Source of the DNA: Gammaproteobacteria bacterium
GTDB taxonomy: Bacteria; Pseudomonadota; Gammaproteobacteria; Arenicellales; Poriferihabitantaceae
Reading direction: 5' to 3'
Length of the DNA stretch: 42,138 bases
Assembly: GCA_028817015.1 (NCBI GenBank)
Contig: JAPPQJ010000193.1
Span: 1-42,138 of the forward strand
The stretch's first letter is position 1. Each line of letters starts with the position of its first letter. The position numbers and the translations under genes were made by a program. Below the pieces are notes generated by a model that did no database searches, was not told the DNA's origin, and worked only from the letters and a program-made list of their open reading frames with translations. Shown one piece after another: positions 1 to 7,443 of this stretch.

Positions 1-145
1 TTCCTTTGATGAATTTTCCGATGTAGGCTTCGCCTGCGGGGCCGTTGAAGGAAATGATCGACGCCGCAAAACCGTTCAGACTGACGGTTCCTGCAACAAG
101 GGCCATAGCCGCTGATGCCAATATCATTTTTTTTCCGGTTTTCAT
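1..145 (-). CDS. 5' part of a gene for a secreted/periplasmic protein; it runs off the left edge and may be a solute-binding protein
   Basis: The reverse complement reads GGAGGG, 5 nt, ATG, then MKTGKKMILASAAMALVAGTVSLNGFAASIISFNGPAGEAYIGKFIKG. It has a Lys-rich n-region, a hydrophobic core and a GFA/AS cleavage-like site, which together look like a Sec signal peptide. It is too short for the ORF track. The function is a guess. Confidence 0.5.
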   Translation of the reverse strand, partial: MKTGKKMILASAAMALVAGTVSLNGFAASIISFNGPAGEAYIGKFIKG

Positions 146-187
146 AATACCCTCCTACAGGTGGTGATTAATAGTTGTGCAACTCTA

Positions 188-203
188 ACGCAAACGATTG
201 CAT
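188..203. promoter_or_regulatory. LacI/PurR-family-type operator candidate (ACGCAAACGATTGCAT) upstream of the partial secreted-protein gene
   Basis: This is a 16-mer with a central CG and 6/8 half-site symmetry. It matches 14/16 positions of the remembered PurR-type consensus ACGCAAACGTTTGCGT. It lies about 45-60 nt upstream of the minus-strand ATG at 145. Confidence 0.35.
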
Positions 204-438
204 CACATAGAAGCACATTTGTCAAATTATGAGTAAAATCATCAAAATCAAAAACTTATACTGCTTTTTCTTGATGGCTTCTAAAGAGTTCACGGCGCCG
301 GCGATGTTTCGCGCCTCGAGGCCGGCTCATCACATCCCGGGGCTGCGGTTAGCCTCAGGGGTATGACTGTTCGCGATTTAAGGTGGTATGCGAGCCGGAT
401 TCGGAACATCGTGAGACAGGCCGGCCCCTATCCGCTGT

Positions 439-468
439 GGGCGCCGGAGGTCACGCCCCTCTTTTTTT
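439..468 (+). terminator. Intrinsic-terminator-like hairpin plus T-run on the + strand, embedded in the 3' end of the minus-strand GntR gene
   Basis: The stem is GGGCG (439-443) with CGCCC (454-458). The loop is 10 nt and is followed by CTCTTTTTTT (459-468). On the minus strand no U-tract follows the hairpin. Confidence 0.35.
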
Positions 469-1260
469 GCCGTTCAAACTTAAGAAACCGCGGTTGACAA
501 TGGCTTCCTGTTTAGCCATCAGCCGCCTTGCCGCAACCATGTGGGCTTTCATAATTGAGCGCGCGGCTTCAGGGTCCCCGGCGCGCATCGCTTCAATGAG
601 CTGGCCCTGGTATGAATACCCCCTTTCCCGCAACTCTGGATTCGGGTTTCGGTAGATTCTCCGGCAGACCGCCAAATCTTTCAACAGCGAGACGAGAAAG
701 CCGCACATGAATGCCAGCAAAGGATTGGCGGAGAATTCCGCCAATCGTTCATGAAACTCCAGTTCCGCAATGCGCTGACGTTGCTCTTCTTTGATGGTTG
801 CGGGGGGATGGTCATAGGCGACCATGGTGCTTTCCAGCACTGCAAATTCCTTTTCTCCAAGGTGCTTGGTCAGTTCAGCCGCCAGCTCGGGTTCAAGCAC
901 TTGTCGAATCTCGTAAATATCCCCGATGGACAGATTTTTGAAGAAAAAATAATTCGACATCAGGGCGTTTGCATGGTCCGTCGGTATGTCGGTAATGAAT
1001 GCTCCGCCTCCGGGGCCGGTTCGCGTTTGTATAAGGCCCTGGGTTTCGAGCATTTTCAAAGCCTCGCGGATGGTGCCTTTGCTGGCGCTGAAAGCCCTGA
1101 TTAAGTCCGGCTCCTGGGGCAGTCGGTCTCCGGGCATCATGCCTTTATCCGTCATCATTATTTTAATCGCTTCCGAAACAACGCTTGGCCTGTTGGGGAC
1201 CGCTCGCCGGGATTTCGAATCAGCACCGCTTTTATCCAAGCGGGTGAAAACAGCGGACAT
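451..1260 (-). CDS. GntR-family (FadR/FCD-type) transcriptional regulator
   Basis: The ORF is 269 aa. The N-terminal winged HTH reads LPQEPDLIRAFSASKGTIREALKMLETQGLIQTRTGPGGGAFI, and an all-helical C-terminal FCD-like domain follows. It overlaps the upstream ATPase gene by 29 nt on the same strand. Confidence 0.9.
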   Translation of the reverse strand: MSAVFTRLDKSGADSKSRRAVPNRPSVVSEAIKIMMTDKGMMPGDRLPQEPDLIRAFSASKGTIREALKMLETQGLIQTRTGPGGGAFITDIPTDHANALMSNYFFFKNLSIGDIYEIRQVLEPELAAELTKHLGEKEFAVLESTMVAYDHPPATIKEEQRQRIAELEFHERLAEFSANPLLAFMCGFLVSLLKDLAVCRRIYRNPNPELRERGYSYQGQLIEAMRAGDPEAARSIMKAHMVAARRLMAKQEAIVNRGFLSLNGKKRGA

Positions 1261-2194
1261 GGTGTTCTCCTGGGTTTTTGGTCAAAGTCGGTTTGTTCAG
1301 GCGGCAATCGTTTTGCGCTTTGTCACAGCGCCCGGCAAAAGCGCAGCCGGCGGGCGGAGCAAGCGGGTCGGGTGGATCGCCGGGGGTATCAACGGCTATT
1401 GACAGCGGTTTTCCGATGACGGGGGCGCTCTCGGTCAGCAGGTGAGTATAAGGGTGGCGCGGGCCGGAGAATACATCGCCGGCTTTCCCGAGTTCAACAA
1501 TCGAGCCGAAGTATAATACAGCAACGCGGTCGCTGATTGCCTCAACAACGGCGAGATCATGGCTGATAAAGATGTAAGTCAAATTGTAGGCTTTGCGTAA
1601 ATCGGAAAGCAGGTTCAACACCTGCGCCTGCACGGACACGTCAAGCGCTGAAACCGGCTCGTCGAGAACGACAATACGGGCGTTGGCCGCGAGTGCGCGC
1701 GCAATACAAATTCGTTGAGCCTGACCGCCTGAAAATTCGTGCGGATAGCGTTGCAAAAATTCGCGTCTCAGGTTGACCGCGTCGAACAGTTCGGCAATTC
1801 GCGCTTTGCGGTCCGCTCCCGCCATGCCCAGCAAATGAATAAGCGGCGCCTCCATGATTTGGAGAATCGTTTTGCGCGGATTGAGCGAACCGGGGGCGTT
1901 TTGGAATACATACTGAATGTGCCGCCCGCAACCGCCGGTTTCGCCGGAAAGATCGGAAATGTCCCTGCCCGATATCTTGATTTGCCCTGAACTGGCGGGC
2001 AACAAACCGACCAGCATACGCGCCAATGTGGTTTTTCCGCAGCCGGATTCACCGACGATGCCGAGAACTTCGCCGCCGGCCACGCTGAAACTCACCGATT
2101 GAACCGCGTATACCGGCGGACTTGGTTTTCCGAACAAACGTTGTTCGCCGCCAAAAGTTTTGCACAGGCCGGCAACCCGAAGCACCGCGTTCAT
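1232..2194 (-). CDS. Dpp/Opp-type ABC transporter ATP-binding protein (DppF/OppF-like)
   Basis: Walker A is GESGCGKTT, the signature is FSGGQAQR and Walker B is VVLDEPVSALD. The C-terminal oligopeptide-type extension has 4 Cys. I trimmed the start from the ORF-track 2398 to the ATG at 2194 (MNAVLRVAGL), which forms an ATGA overlap with the upstream stop. Confidence 0.9.
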   Translation of the reverse strand: MNAVLRVAGLCKTFGGEQRLFGKPSPPVYAVQSVSFSVAGGEVLGIVGESGCGKTTLARMLVGLLPASSGQIKISGRDISDLSGETGGCGRHIQYVFQNAPGSLNPRKTILQIMEAPLIHLLGMAGADRKARIAELFDAVNLRREFLQRYPHEFSGGQAQRICIARALAANARIVVLDEPVSALDVSVQAQVLNLLSDLRKAYNLTYIFISHDLAVVEAISDRVAVLYFGSIVELGKAGDVFSGPRHPYTHLLTESAPVIGKPLSIAVDTPGDPPDPLAPPAGCAFAGRCDKAQNDCRLNKPTLTKNPGEHHVRCFHPLG

Positions 2195-4074
2195 GGCGCG
2201 CATCCGAGGGGATAAAGGCAGCGAACCGAGTGTGTCGCGGCAACAGGCCGGGTTTTTATGTCGCCCCGGCGGCACCGTTCGGTGGAGCGGTCGCAGCATG
2301 ACGCAAACGCGCAACCGGCGGGCAGTTGATCGCCCGCCGGGGGTAATCCGGAAATTGACGTCAGGACACGCCGCCCTTTGCCGAGCCGGGGAGCGCATTC
2401 AATCAACCGGGCAGTGTAGGGGTGCGCCGGGTTGGCGAGTATTTCTTCGGTTGAGCCGTTCTCGACGATTCTCCCCGCATACATCACTGCAACCCTGTCG
2501 CACAATTGCGCGAGTATGCCGAAATCGTGGGTGACAAATATCAGCGTCATGTTTTGCTGGTGTCGCAGCCGGGACAGCAGGGAGATAATTTGCGCTTGCA
2601 CGGTGACGTCCAGTGCGGTGGTGGGTTCATCGGCAATGATCAGTTGCGGCGAGTTGGCGAGCGCCATCGCAATGCTGACACGCTGGCACATACCGCCCGA
2701 CATCTCGTGCGGATAATTGCGCGCGCGCGCCGCCGCATTTGGAATTTGCACTTGATTCAGCAAGTTGACCGCTTCGGCCCAGGCTGAATGTTTCGATACA
2801 GGCCGGTGGCAGCGAATGGCTTCGCTTATCTGTGCGCCCACCGTGGTAAGCGGATGCAGTGTGGCCAGCGGATTTTGGAAGACATAGGCGATCTTTTTGC
2901 CGCGAATCGAGCGCAGCCTGGAGAAATTCGCCGACAGCAATTCCTCGCCTTCGAGTCGAACGCCGCCCGCGGTAATTACCGCAGGCGGTGAAGGCGCCAA
3001 ACCAAGCAACGACAACGCGGTAACCGATTTCCCCGACCCGGATTCGCCGATAATTCCCAGGCACTGGCCGGCGTTGATTTCGATATCAACCCCGTTGACC
3101 GCCTTGTCAACTCGCCCGGAAGCAATGAAATGAGTGTGCAGGTTTTGCACTTCAAGCAAATAGCCGGATTGCGGTTCGGGAATTGATTCGCGCCTGACAT
3201 GGGTGAGCGGGGCCGGTCTTGACAGCGTGCCGGCGCGCAACCGCGGGTCGAGTATGTCGCGAATTCCGTCGCCAAGCAGATTAACCGCAATGACAATAAT
3301 AAAAATCATCGCGCCGGGCACAATTGAGGCATGCGGCGCGGTAATCAGCAGTTTGCGCCCCTCTCCCAGCATTGAGCCGAGGTCGGCTTGCGGCGGTTGC
3401 GAACCCAGGCCGAGAAAAGAAAGGCCGGCGGTTTCAAGAATCATCCAGCCAATGGTGGTGGACATTGCAACCACGATGACCGGCGCGACATTGGGCAGAA
3501 TCTCGACTGTGATTATGCGCCGGTTGTTCATTCCCGAGAGACGCGCGGCATCAACGAATTCCCGCCGTATGACGGCGACGGTGGCGCCGCGAATGTTGCG
3601 CGCAAAGAACGGAATGTTGACGATCGCCACCGCATACAGCGCATTCAGCAAACCCGGCCCGAGCACCGCGACGATAGTGAGCGCCAGCAGAATATAAGGA
3701 AATGCCATCAGCATGTCCACGCCGCGCATCAGCAGATTGTCAACGCGCCCGCCGAAAAATCCGGCGAAGATGCCAAGAGCCGACCCGCTGACCGCGGCGA
3801 TGATGGAAGCGAATATGCCGACCGCCAGAGACAGCCGAATCCCCCAAATCAAACGAGCCAGCAGGTCGCGGCCAAGGTGGTCGGTGCCGAGCGGATTGCC
3901 GGACAACAACGAGGGGCGTAGCAGGCGGTTGGCCAAGTCGGTCGCATTCGGGTCATGAAGCGGCAGCAGGGGGGCCAAAAGCGAGACGGTGACGATAACA
4001 AGCAGTAGCGATGCGCCGAGTGTCGCCGGCCGGTTGCGCGCCAAAACCGCCAATACCGATTGTCTGCGCTTCAA
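2191..4074 (-). CDS. Fused Dpp/Opp-type ABC permease (DppC-like, N-terminal) and ATP-binding protein (DppD-like, C-terminal)
   Basis: This is a single 627-aa ORF. Residues about 1-290 are a multi-TM permease (LGTDHLGRDLLARLIWG, EAA-loop region). Residues from about 305 are an ATPase (GESGSGKSV, MSGGMCQR, IIADEPTTALD). The start is TTG in a TTGA overlap with the upstream permease stop. Confidence 0.85.
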   Translation of the reverse strand: MKRRQSVLAVLARNRPATLGASLLLVIVTVSLLAPLLPLHDPNATDLANRLLRPSLLSGNPLGTDHLGRDLLARLIWGIRLSLAVGIFASIIAAVSGSALGIFAGFFGGRVDNLLMRGVDMLMAFPYILLALTIVAVLGPGLLNALYAVAIVNIPFFARNIRGATVAVIRREFVDAARLSGMNNRRIITVEILPNVAPVIVVAMSTTIGWMILETAGLSFLGLGSQPPQADLGSMLGEGRKLLITAPHASIVPGAMIFIIVIAVNLLGDGIRDILDPRLRAGTLSRPAPLTHVRRESIPEPQSGYLLEVQNLHTHFIASGRVDKAVNGVDIEINAGQCLGIIGESGSGKSVTALSLLGLAPSPPAVITAGGVRLEGEELLSANFSRLRSIRGKKIAYVFQNPLATLHPLTTVGAQISEAIRCHRPVSKHSAWAEAVNLLNQVQIPNAAARARNYPHEMSGGMCQRVSIAMALANSPQLIIADEPTTALDVTVQAQIISLLSRLRHQQNMTLIFVTHDFGILAQLCDRVAVMYAGRIVENGSTEEILANPAHPYTARLIECAPRLGKGRRVLTSISGLPPAGDQLPAGCAFASCCDRSTERCRRGDIKTRPVAATHSVRCLYPLGCAP

Positions 4075-5018
4075 GTTTTAACTCGCGGGTCAAGCCAGTG
4101 CTGCGCGATGTCGGCCATTAAGTTAATCATTACATAACAAACGGCGACGATGACAACGCCCCCCTGTATCAGCAGAATGTCCCGTTTGGAAATTGCCTGT
4201 ACCAGCATCAGCCCGACGCCGGGCCACTGGAATACGGTTTCGATATAGACTGCGCCCCCGAGCACAAAACCGGCCTGCACACCGAGTACGGGAATGACCG
4301 TAACCAGCGCGGCTTTGAATGCATGTAAATACAGAACGCGATGTTCCGGAAGGCCTTTGGCGCGCGCTGCACAGATGAAATCCTGGCGCAGTATTTCGAG
4401 CATCGCCGAGCGTGTAAGCCGCGCAATGACGCCGGTGGCGACCACGGACAGTGTGGTCGCGGGCAGTATCAAGTGCTTGAGCAGGTCGACCATGCCGCCG
4501 CCGCCATACACCGCGAACATCCCGCTTGCCGGCAGCCAGCGCAGATGCACCGAAAAGGCGAGTATGGCGAGCAAGCCGAGCCAGAAAGATGGCACCGAAA
4601 TACCGGTTAGTGCGGCCACGGTTAATATCCGGTCGGTCCATCCGTATTGGCGGGCGGCGGTCCAGATGCCGATCAAAACGCCCCACAACGAACACAGCAG
4701 AAACGCCGCGCCCGAAAGGATCAACGTGGCGGAAAACCGATCCAGGACTTCATCAAGCACGGGGCGGTTAAGGGAGTATGACCTGCCGAAATCCCCCTGC
4801 AGAATATTGCTCAACCAGATGAGGTATTGTTGTGCAAGCGGTTTGTCGAGGCCAAGGCTGCGGTTGATTTTTTCCACATTTTCGGCGGTCGCATACGAGC
4901 CGAGAATGGCGGTTGCCGGGTCGCCGGGGATTAACGCCATAATCAAAAAAACAATCAGCGTAAGCCCCAGCAGCACCGGTACAACCGCCAGAAAACGCTT
5001 CAGAACATACCTCCGCAT
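4071..5018 (-). CDS. Dpp/Opp-type ABC transporter permease (DppB-like)
   Basis: The ORF is 315 aa. It has the typical N-terminus MRRYVLKRFLAVVPVLLGLTLIVFLIMALIPGDP, six predicted TM stretches and the C-terminal DPRV motif. Confidence 0.9.
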   Translation of the reverse strand: MRRYVLKRFLAVVPVLLGLTLIVFLIMALIPGDPATAILGSYATAENVEKINRSLGLDKPLAQQYLIWLSNILQGDFGRSYSLNRPVLDEVLDRFSATLILSGAAFLLCSLWGVLIGIWTAARQYGWTDRILTVAALTGISVPSFWLGLLAILAFSVHLRWLPASGMFAVYGGGGMVDLLKHLILPATTLSVVATGVIARLTRSAMLEILRQDFICAARAKGLPEHRVLYLHAFKAALVTVIPVLGVQAGFVLGGAVYIETVFQWPGVGLMLVQAISKRDILLIQGGVVIVAVCYVMINLMADIAQHWLDPRVKT

Positions 5019-5054
5019 TGCATACTCCGCGATTGACCTCCCCGGCGTTTCGGA

Positions 5055-6623
5055 TTATAGTTTCTTCACGTCCTTAAGCAACAGAAAGAAAGAGGGCTGC
5101 AGTTTGAAGTCCCTTACATTGTCCCGCGTTGCGGCGTTCTGTTTCCAGTTGGCGATGAACGCCCACGGTGCGTCTTCCTGCAAGATTGTCTGCATTTCCT
5201 TGTACAGCCGGGCGCGTTCCGCCTGGCTGGTGGATGTGCGCGCGGCTTCCAGCAACTTGTCCACTTCCGGGTTGGAATAGTAACCCGAATTGAAGCCTTT
5301 GTGTTCCGGCCAGGCACCGGTGCGCAATGCCAGGTAGGGCAGTGTGTCCGGGTCGTTGGTCATCCATGCCATTTCCGCCATATCGGCTTTGTTCTCGAGT
5401 CCGGGGTTGACCTTGCCGAGGAAAGTGTTCCACTCAAAAGTCTCAATCTTAACCTTCAGCCCGACTTTGGCAAGGTCCGCTTGAATTGCCGCGCCCATCG
5501 CCACCGGGTCGAGCATCCCGGAACCTCCTTCCGTGACATAGAAAGTCAGTTCGGCGCCCTCGTGACCGGCCTGTTTAATCAGGCGTTTGGCTTTTTCCGG
5601 GTTATACGGGTAAGGTTTGAGGGCATCGTTGTATGCCCAGGCGAATGCCGGCGGAGTTGGCCCGGCGGCGACCACTGCGGTGCCCTGCAGCACGTTTTCG
5701 ACCAGTGACTCTTTGTCAATCGCGTAGTTCACCGCCTGACGGACACGTTTGTCAGCGAAGGGCCCCTGCCTGGCATTCAAAATGAGAAACCAGACATGCG
5801 GGCCGGCTTGCTGATACAGCGTATAACCGTTGCCGTCAAACCGGCTGACACTGTCCGGGGGGATTTCCACCATCACATCGATGCCGCCTGAGAGCATCTC
5901 GGCGACTCGGGTATTACCGTCGGTAATCGGCCGGAAAACCACCGCTTGCAGATCGGGCGCGCCGTTCCAATGCTGCTCGTTGCGCTCCAGAACAACTTTG
6001 GAGTTGGATTCCCATTCGCTGAATTGGAACGGGCCCGTACCCGAAGGGAAGCGACCGAAATCCTGACCGTGCCTCTTAACCGCGGTTGGCGACACGATTA
6101 AACCGGTCGGATAGGCGAGGTTGGAAAGGAAGGGTGCGTACGGTTCTTTTAGGGTGAAGCGCACGCTGTGCGCTCCAACCGCCTCGACATCATCAATCGC
6201 CGAGAAGAAGAACGAAAGCGGGAACGGGCCGGTGTCGTGATAGGGGTGCTCCTCATCGAGCATTCGTTTGAAGTTGAACACCACCGCATCGGCATTGAAT
6301 GCCGTGCCATCGTGAAACTTGACTTTCTCGCGAAGATTAAAGGTATACACTAAGCCGTTGTCGCTGATTTCCCAGTTCTCGGCGAGCGACGGCTCAACCT
6401 CCAGTGCGCCATCTTTGTAACGCACCAACCCATCGTAGAGATTCATCAGAATGCGAAAATCATTGACGGCTGTAACCGCGGCCGGATCAAGCGATTTGGG
6501 TTCGGCGATTTGACCAACTATCAGCACGTTCGCCGGAGTCTGCGAAAAAGCGGGAGCAAAGCCGAGGCCGAGTGCGACCGCCAGTGAAACGAAAATGGTG
6601 CGAAAAAAGGCTGCGTTTTTCAT
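5055..6623 (-). CDS. ABC transporter substrate-binding protein, family 5 (peptide/nickel/opine type)
   Basis: I trimmed the start to the ATG at 6623, which is preceded by GGAGG. The Sec signal is MKNAAFFRTIFVSLAVALGLGFAPAFSQ. SBP_bac_5-like motifs are present (LVRYKDGALEVEPSLAENWEISDNGLVYTFNLREKVKFHDGT). The upstream 105 codons of the ORF-track entry look non-coding. Confidence 0.9.
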   Translation of the reverse strand: MKNAAFFRTIFVSLAVALGLGFAPAFSQTPANVLIVGQIAEPKSLDPAAVTAVNDFRILMNLYDGLVRYKDGALEVEPSLAENWEISDNGLVYTFNLREKVKFHDGTAFNADAVVFNFKRMLDEEHPYHDTGPFPLSFFFSAIDDVEAVGAHSVRFTLKEPYAPFLSNLAYPTGLIVSPTAVKRHGQDFGRFPSGTGPFQFSEWESNSKVVLERNEQHWNGAPDLQAVVFRPITDGNTRVAEMLSGGIDVMVEIPPDSVSRFDGNGYTLYQQAGPHVWFLILNARQGPFADKRVRQAVNYAIDKESLVENVLQGTAVVAAGPTPPAFAWAYNDALKPYPYNPEKAKRLIKQAGHEGAELTFYVTEGGSGMLDPVAMGAAIQADLAKVGLKVKIETFEWNTFLGKVNPGLENKADMAEMAWMTNDPDTLPYLALRTGAWPEHKGFNSGYYSNPEVDKLLEAARTSTSQAERARLYKEMQTILQEDAPWAFIANWKQNAATRDNVRDFKLQPSFFLLLKDVKKL

Positions 6624-6654
6624 GGAAACCTCCGAATGTTGGGGATGAGTCGCC

Positions 6655-6672
6655 AATTTATTATGATAAATT
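6655..6672. promoter_or_regulatory. Imperfect 18-bp palindrome AATTTATTATGATAAATT in the divergent SBP / DUF1028 promoter region; candidate operator
   Basis: It shows 8/9 half-site symmetry. It is an AT-rich block in the 100-bp divergent intergenic region, and the GntR regulator of the same locus is the obvious candidate binder. Confidence 0.3.
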
Positions 6673-6723
6673 TTGCCCATTTTTGACGCCGAACTTCGAC
6701 TAATTCCTGACGGGCTTATCCCG

Positions 6724-7380
6724 ATGACCTTTTCTATTCTCGCACGCGACGAAAAAACCGGGGAAATGGGCTGTGCAACGGCGACCGGGAACCTCGCTGT
6801 TGGCGCCTGGGTGCTAAAAGCCGAAGCCGGCGTTGGATTGGCCGCCAGCCAGGGATTTTCGGTCAGCACATTGTGGGGGGAACAAGCGATGCGGGCATTG
6901 GCGAAGGGGCTGGATGCCGAACAAGTCGTCAAACACATTGTGGAGCGCGATCAAGGGGCCGATTTCCGGCAGTTGGCGGTGTTGGACTCCGCCGGTTATA
7001 CAGCCGCCTGGAGCGGCGCTGAGAACAAAGACGTGAAAGGGCACGAGTTGTCCCCGAATCTGGCGGTCGCCGGCAACTGGTTGACCAATGAAGAAGTCCT
7101 GTCGGTATTGAGCGCGACCTTTTTGCTCAACCCCGGCGTCATGGCTGAGCGGCTGTTATATGCATTGAAAGCAGCCGCGCAAGCGGGGAGTGATGCGCGT
7201 GGCATGATGTCGGCGGCGGTCAGCGTGGTATCGATGGAACAGCCGCCGCTTAACCTGCGCATCGATTACAGCGAGACGCCAATAGACGATATAATGGCGC
7301 TCTACGAGATGACCCGCACGCATGAATATCAAGAATTCCTGGGCAGGTTGCCGACGCTCGCCAACCCCCAACAACGCTGA
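6724..7380 (+). CDS. DUF1028-family protein (Ntn-hydrolase-like fold, function unknown)
   Basis: The start is placed at the ATG at 6724, giving the family-typical N-terminus MTFSILARDEKTGEMGCATATG. It also has AVAGNWL and GSDARGMMSAAV stretches. The length is 218 aa. Confidence 0.8.
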   Translation: MTFSILARDEKTGEMGCATATGNLAVGAWVLKAEAGVGLAASQGFSVSTLWGEQAMRALAKGLDAEQVVKHIVERDQGADFRQLAVLDSAGYTAAWSGAENKDVKGHELSPNLAVAGNWLTNEEVLSVLSATFLLNPGVMAERLLYALKAAAQAGSDARGMMSAAVSVVSMEQPPLNLRIDYSETPIDDIMALYEMTRTHEYQEFLGRLPTLANPQQR

Positions 7381-7443
7381 CCATTTTTTGTCAATATGCC
7401 AGCCCCGGCTGATTACCCGCCCAAGGATGCGAATCATACCGAT

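Noticed and set aside
229-366. A 45-aa + strand ORF (MSKIIKIKNLYCFFLMASKEF...) in the left spacer.
   Set aside because: It has no Shine-Dalgarno sequence, odd composition and no recognisable family. It is mentioned only in the context of the orphan terminator.
6624-6938. N-terminal extensions of ORF-track entries: 5055-6938, 1232-2398, 21592-22581, 27162-27857, 27368-29137 and 23531-24586.
   Set aside because: In each case an internal ATG gives a canonical N-terminus, such as a signal peptide or family-typical start. It usually has an RBS or a 4-nt overlap with the upstream stop. The extensions overlap neighbouring genes or intergenic DNA.
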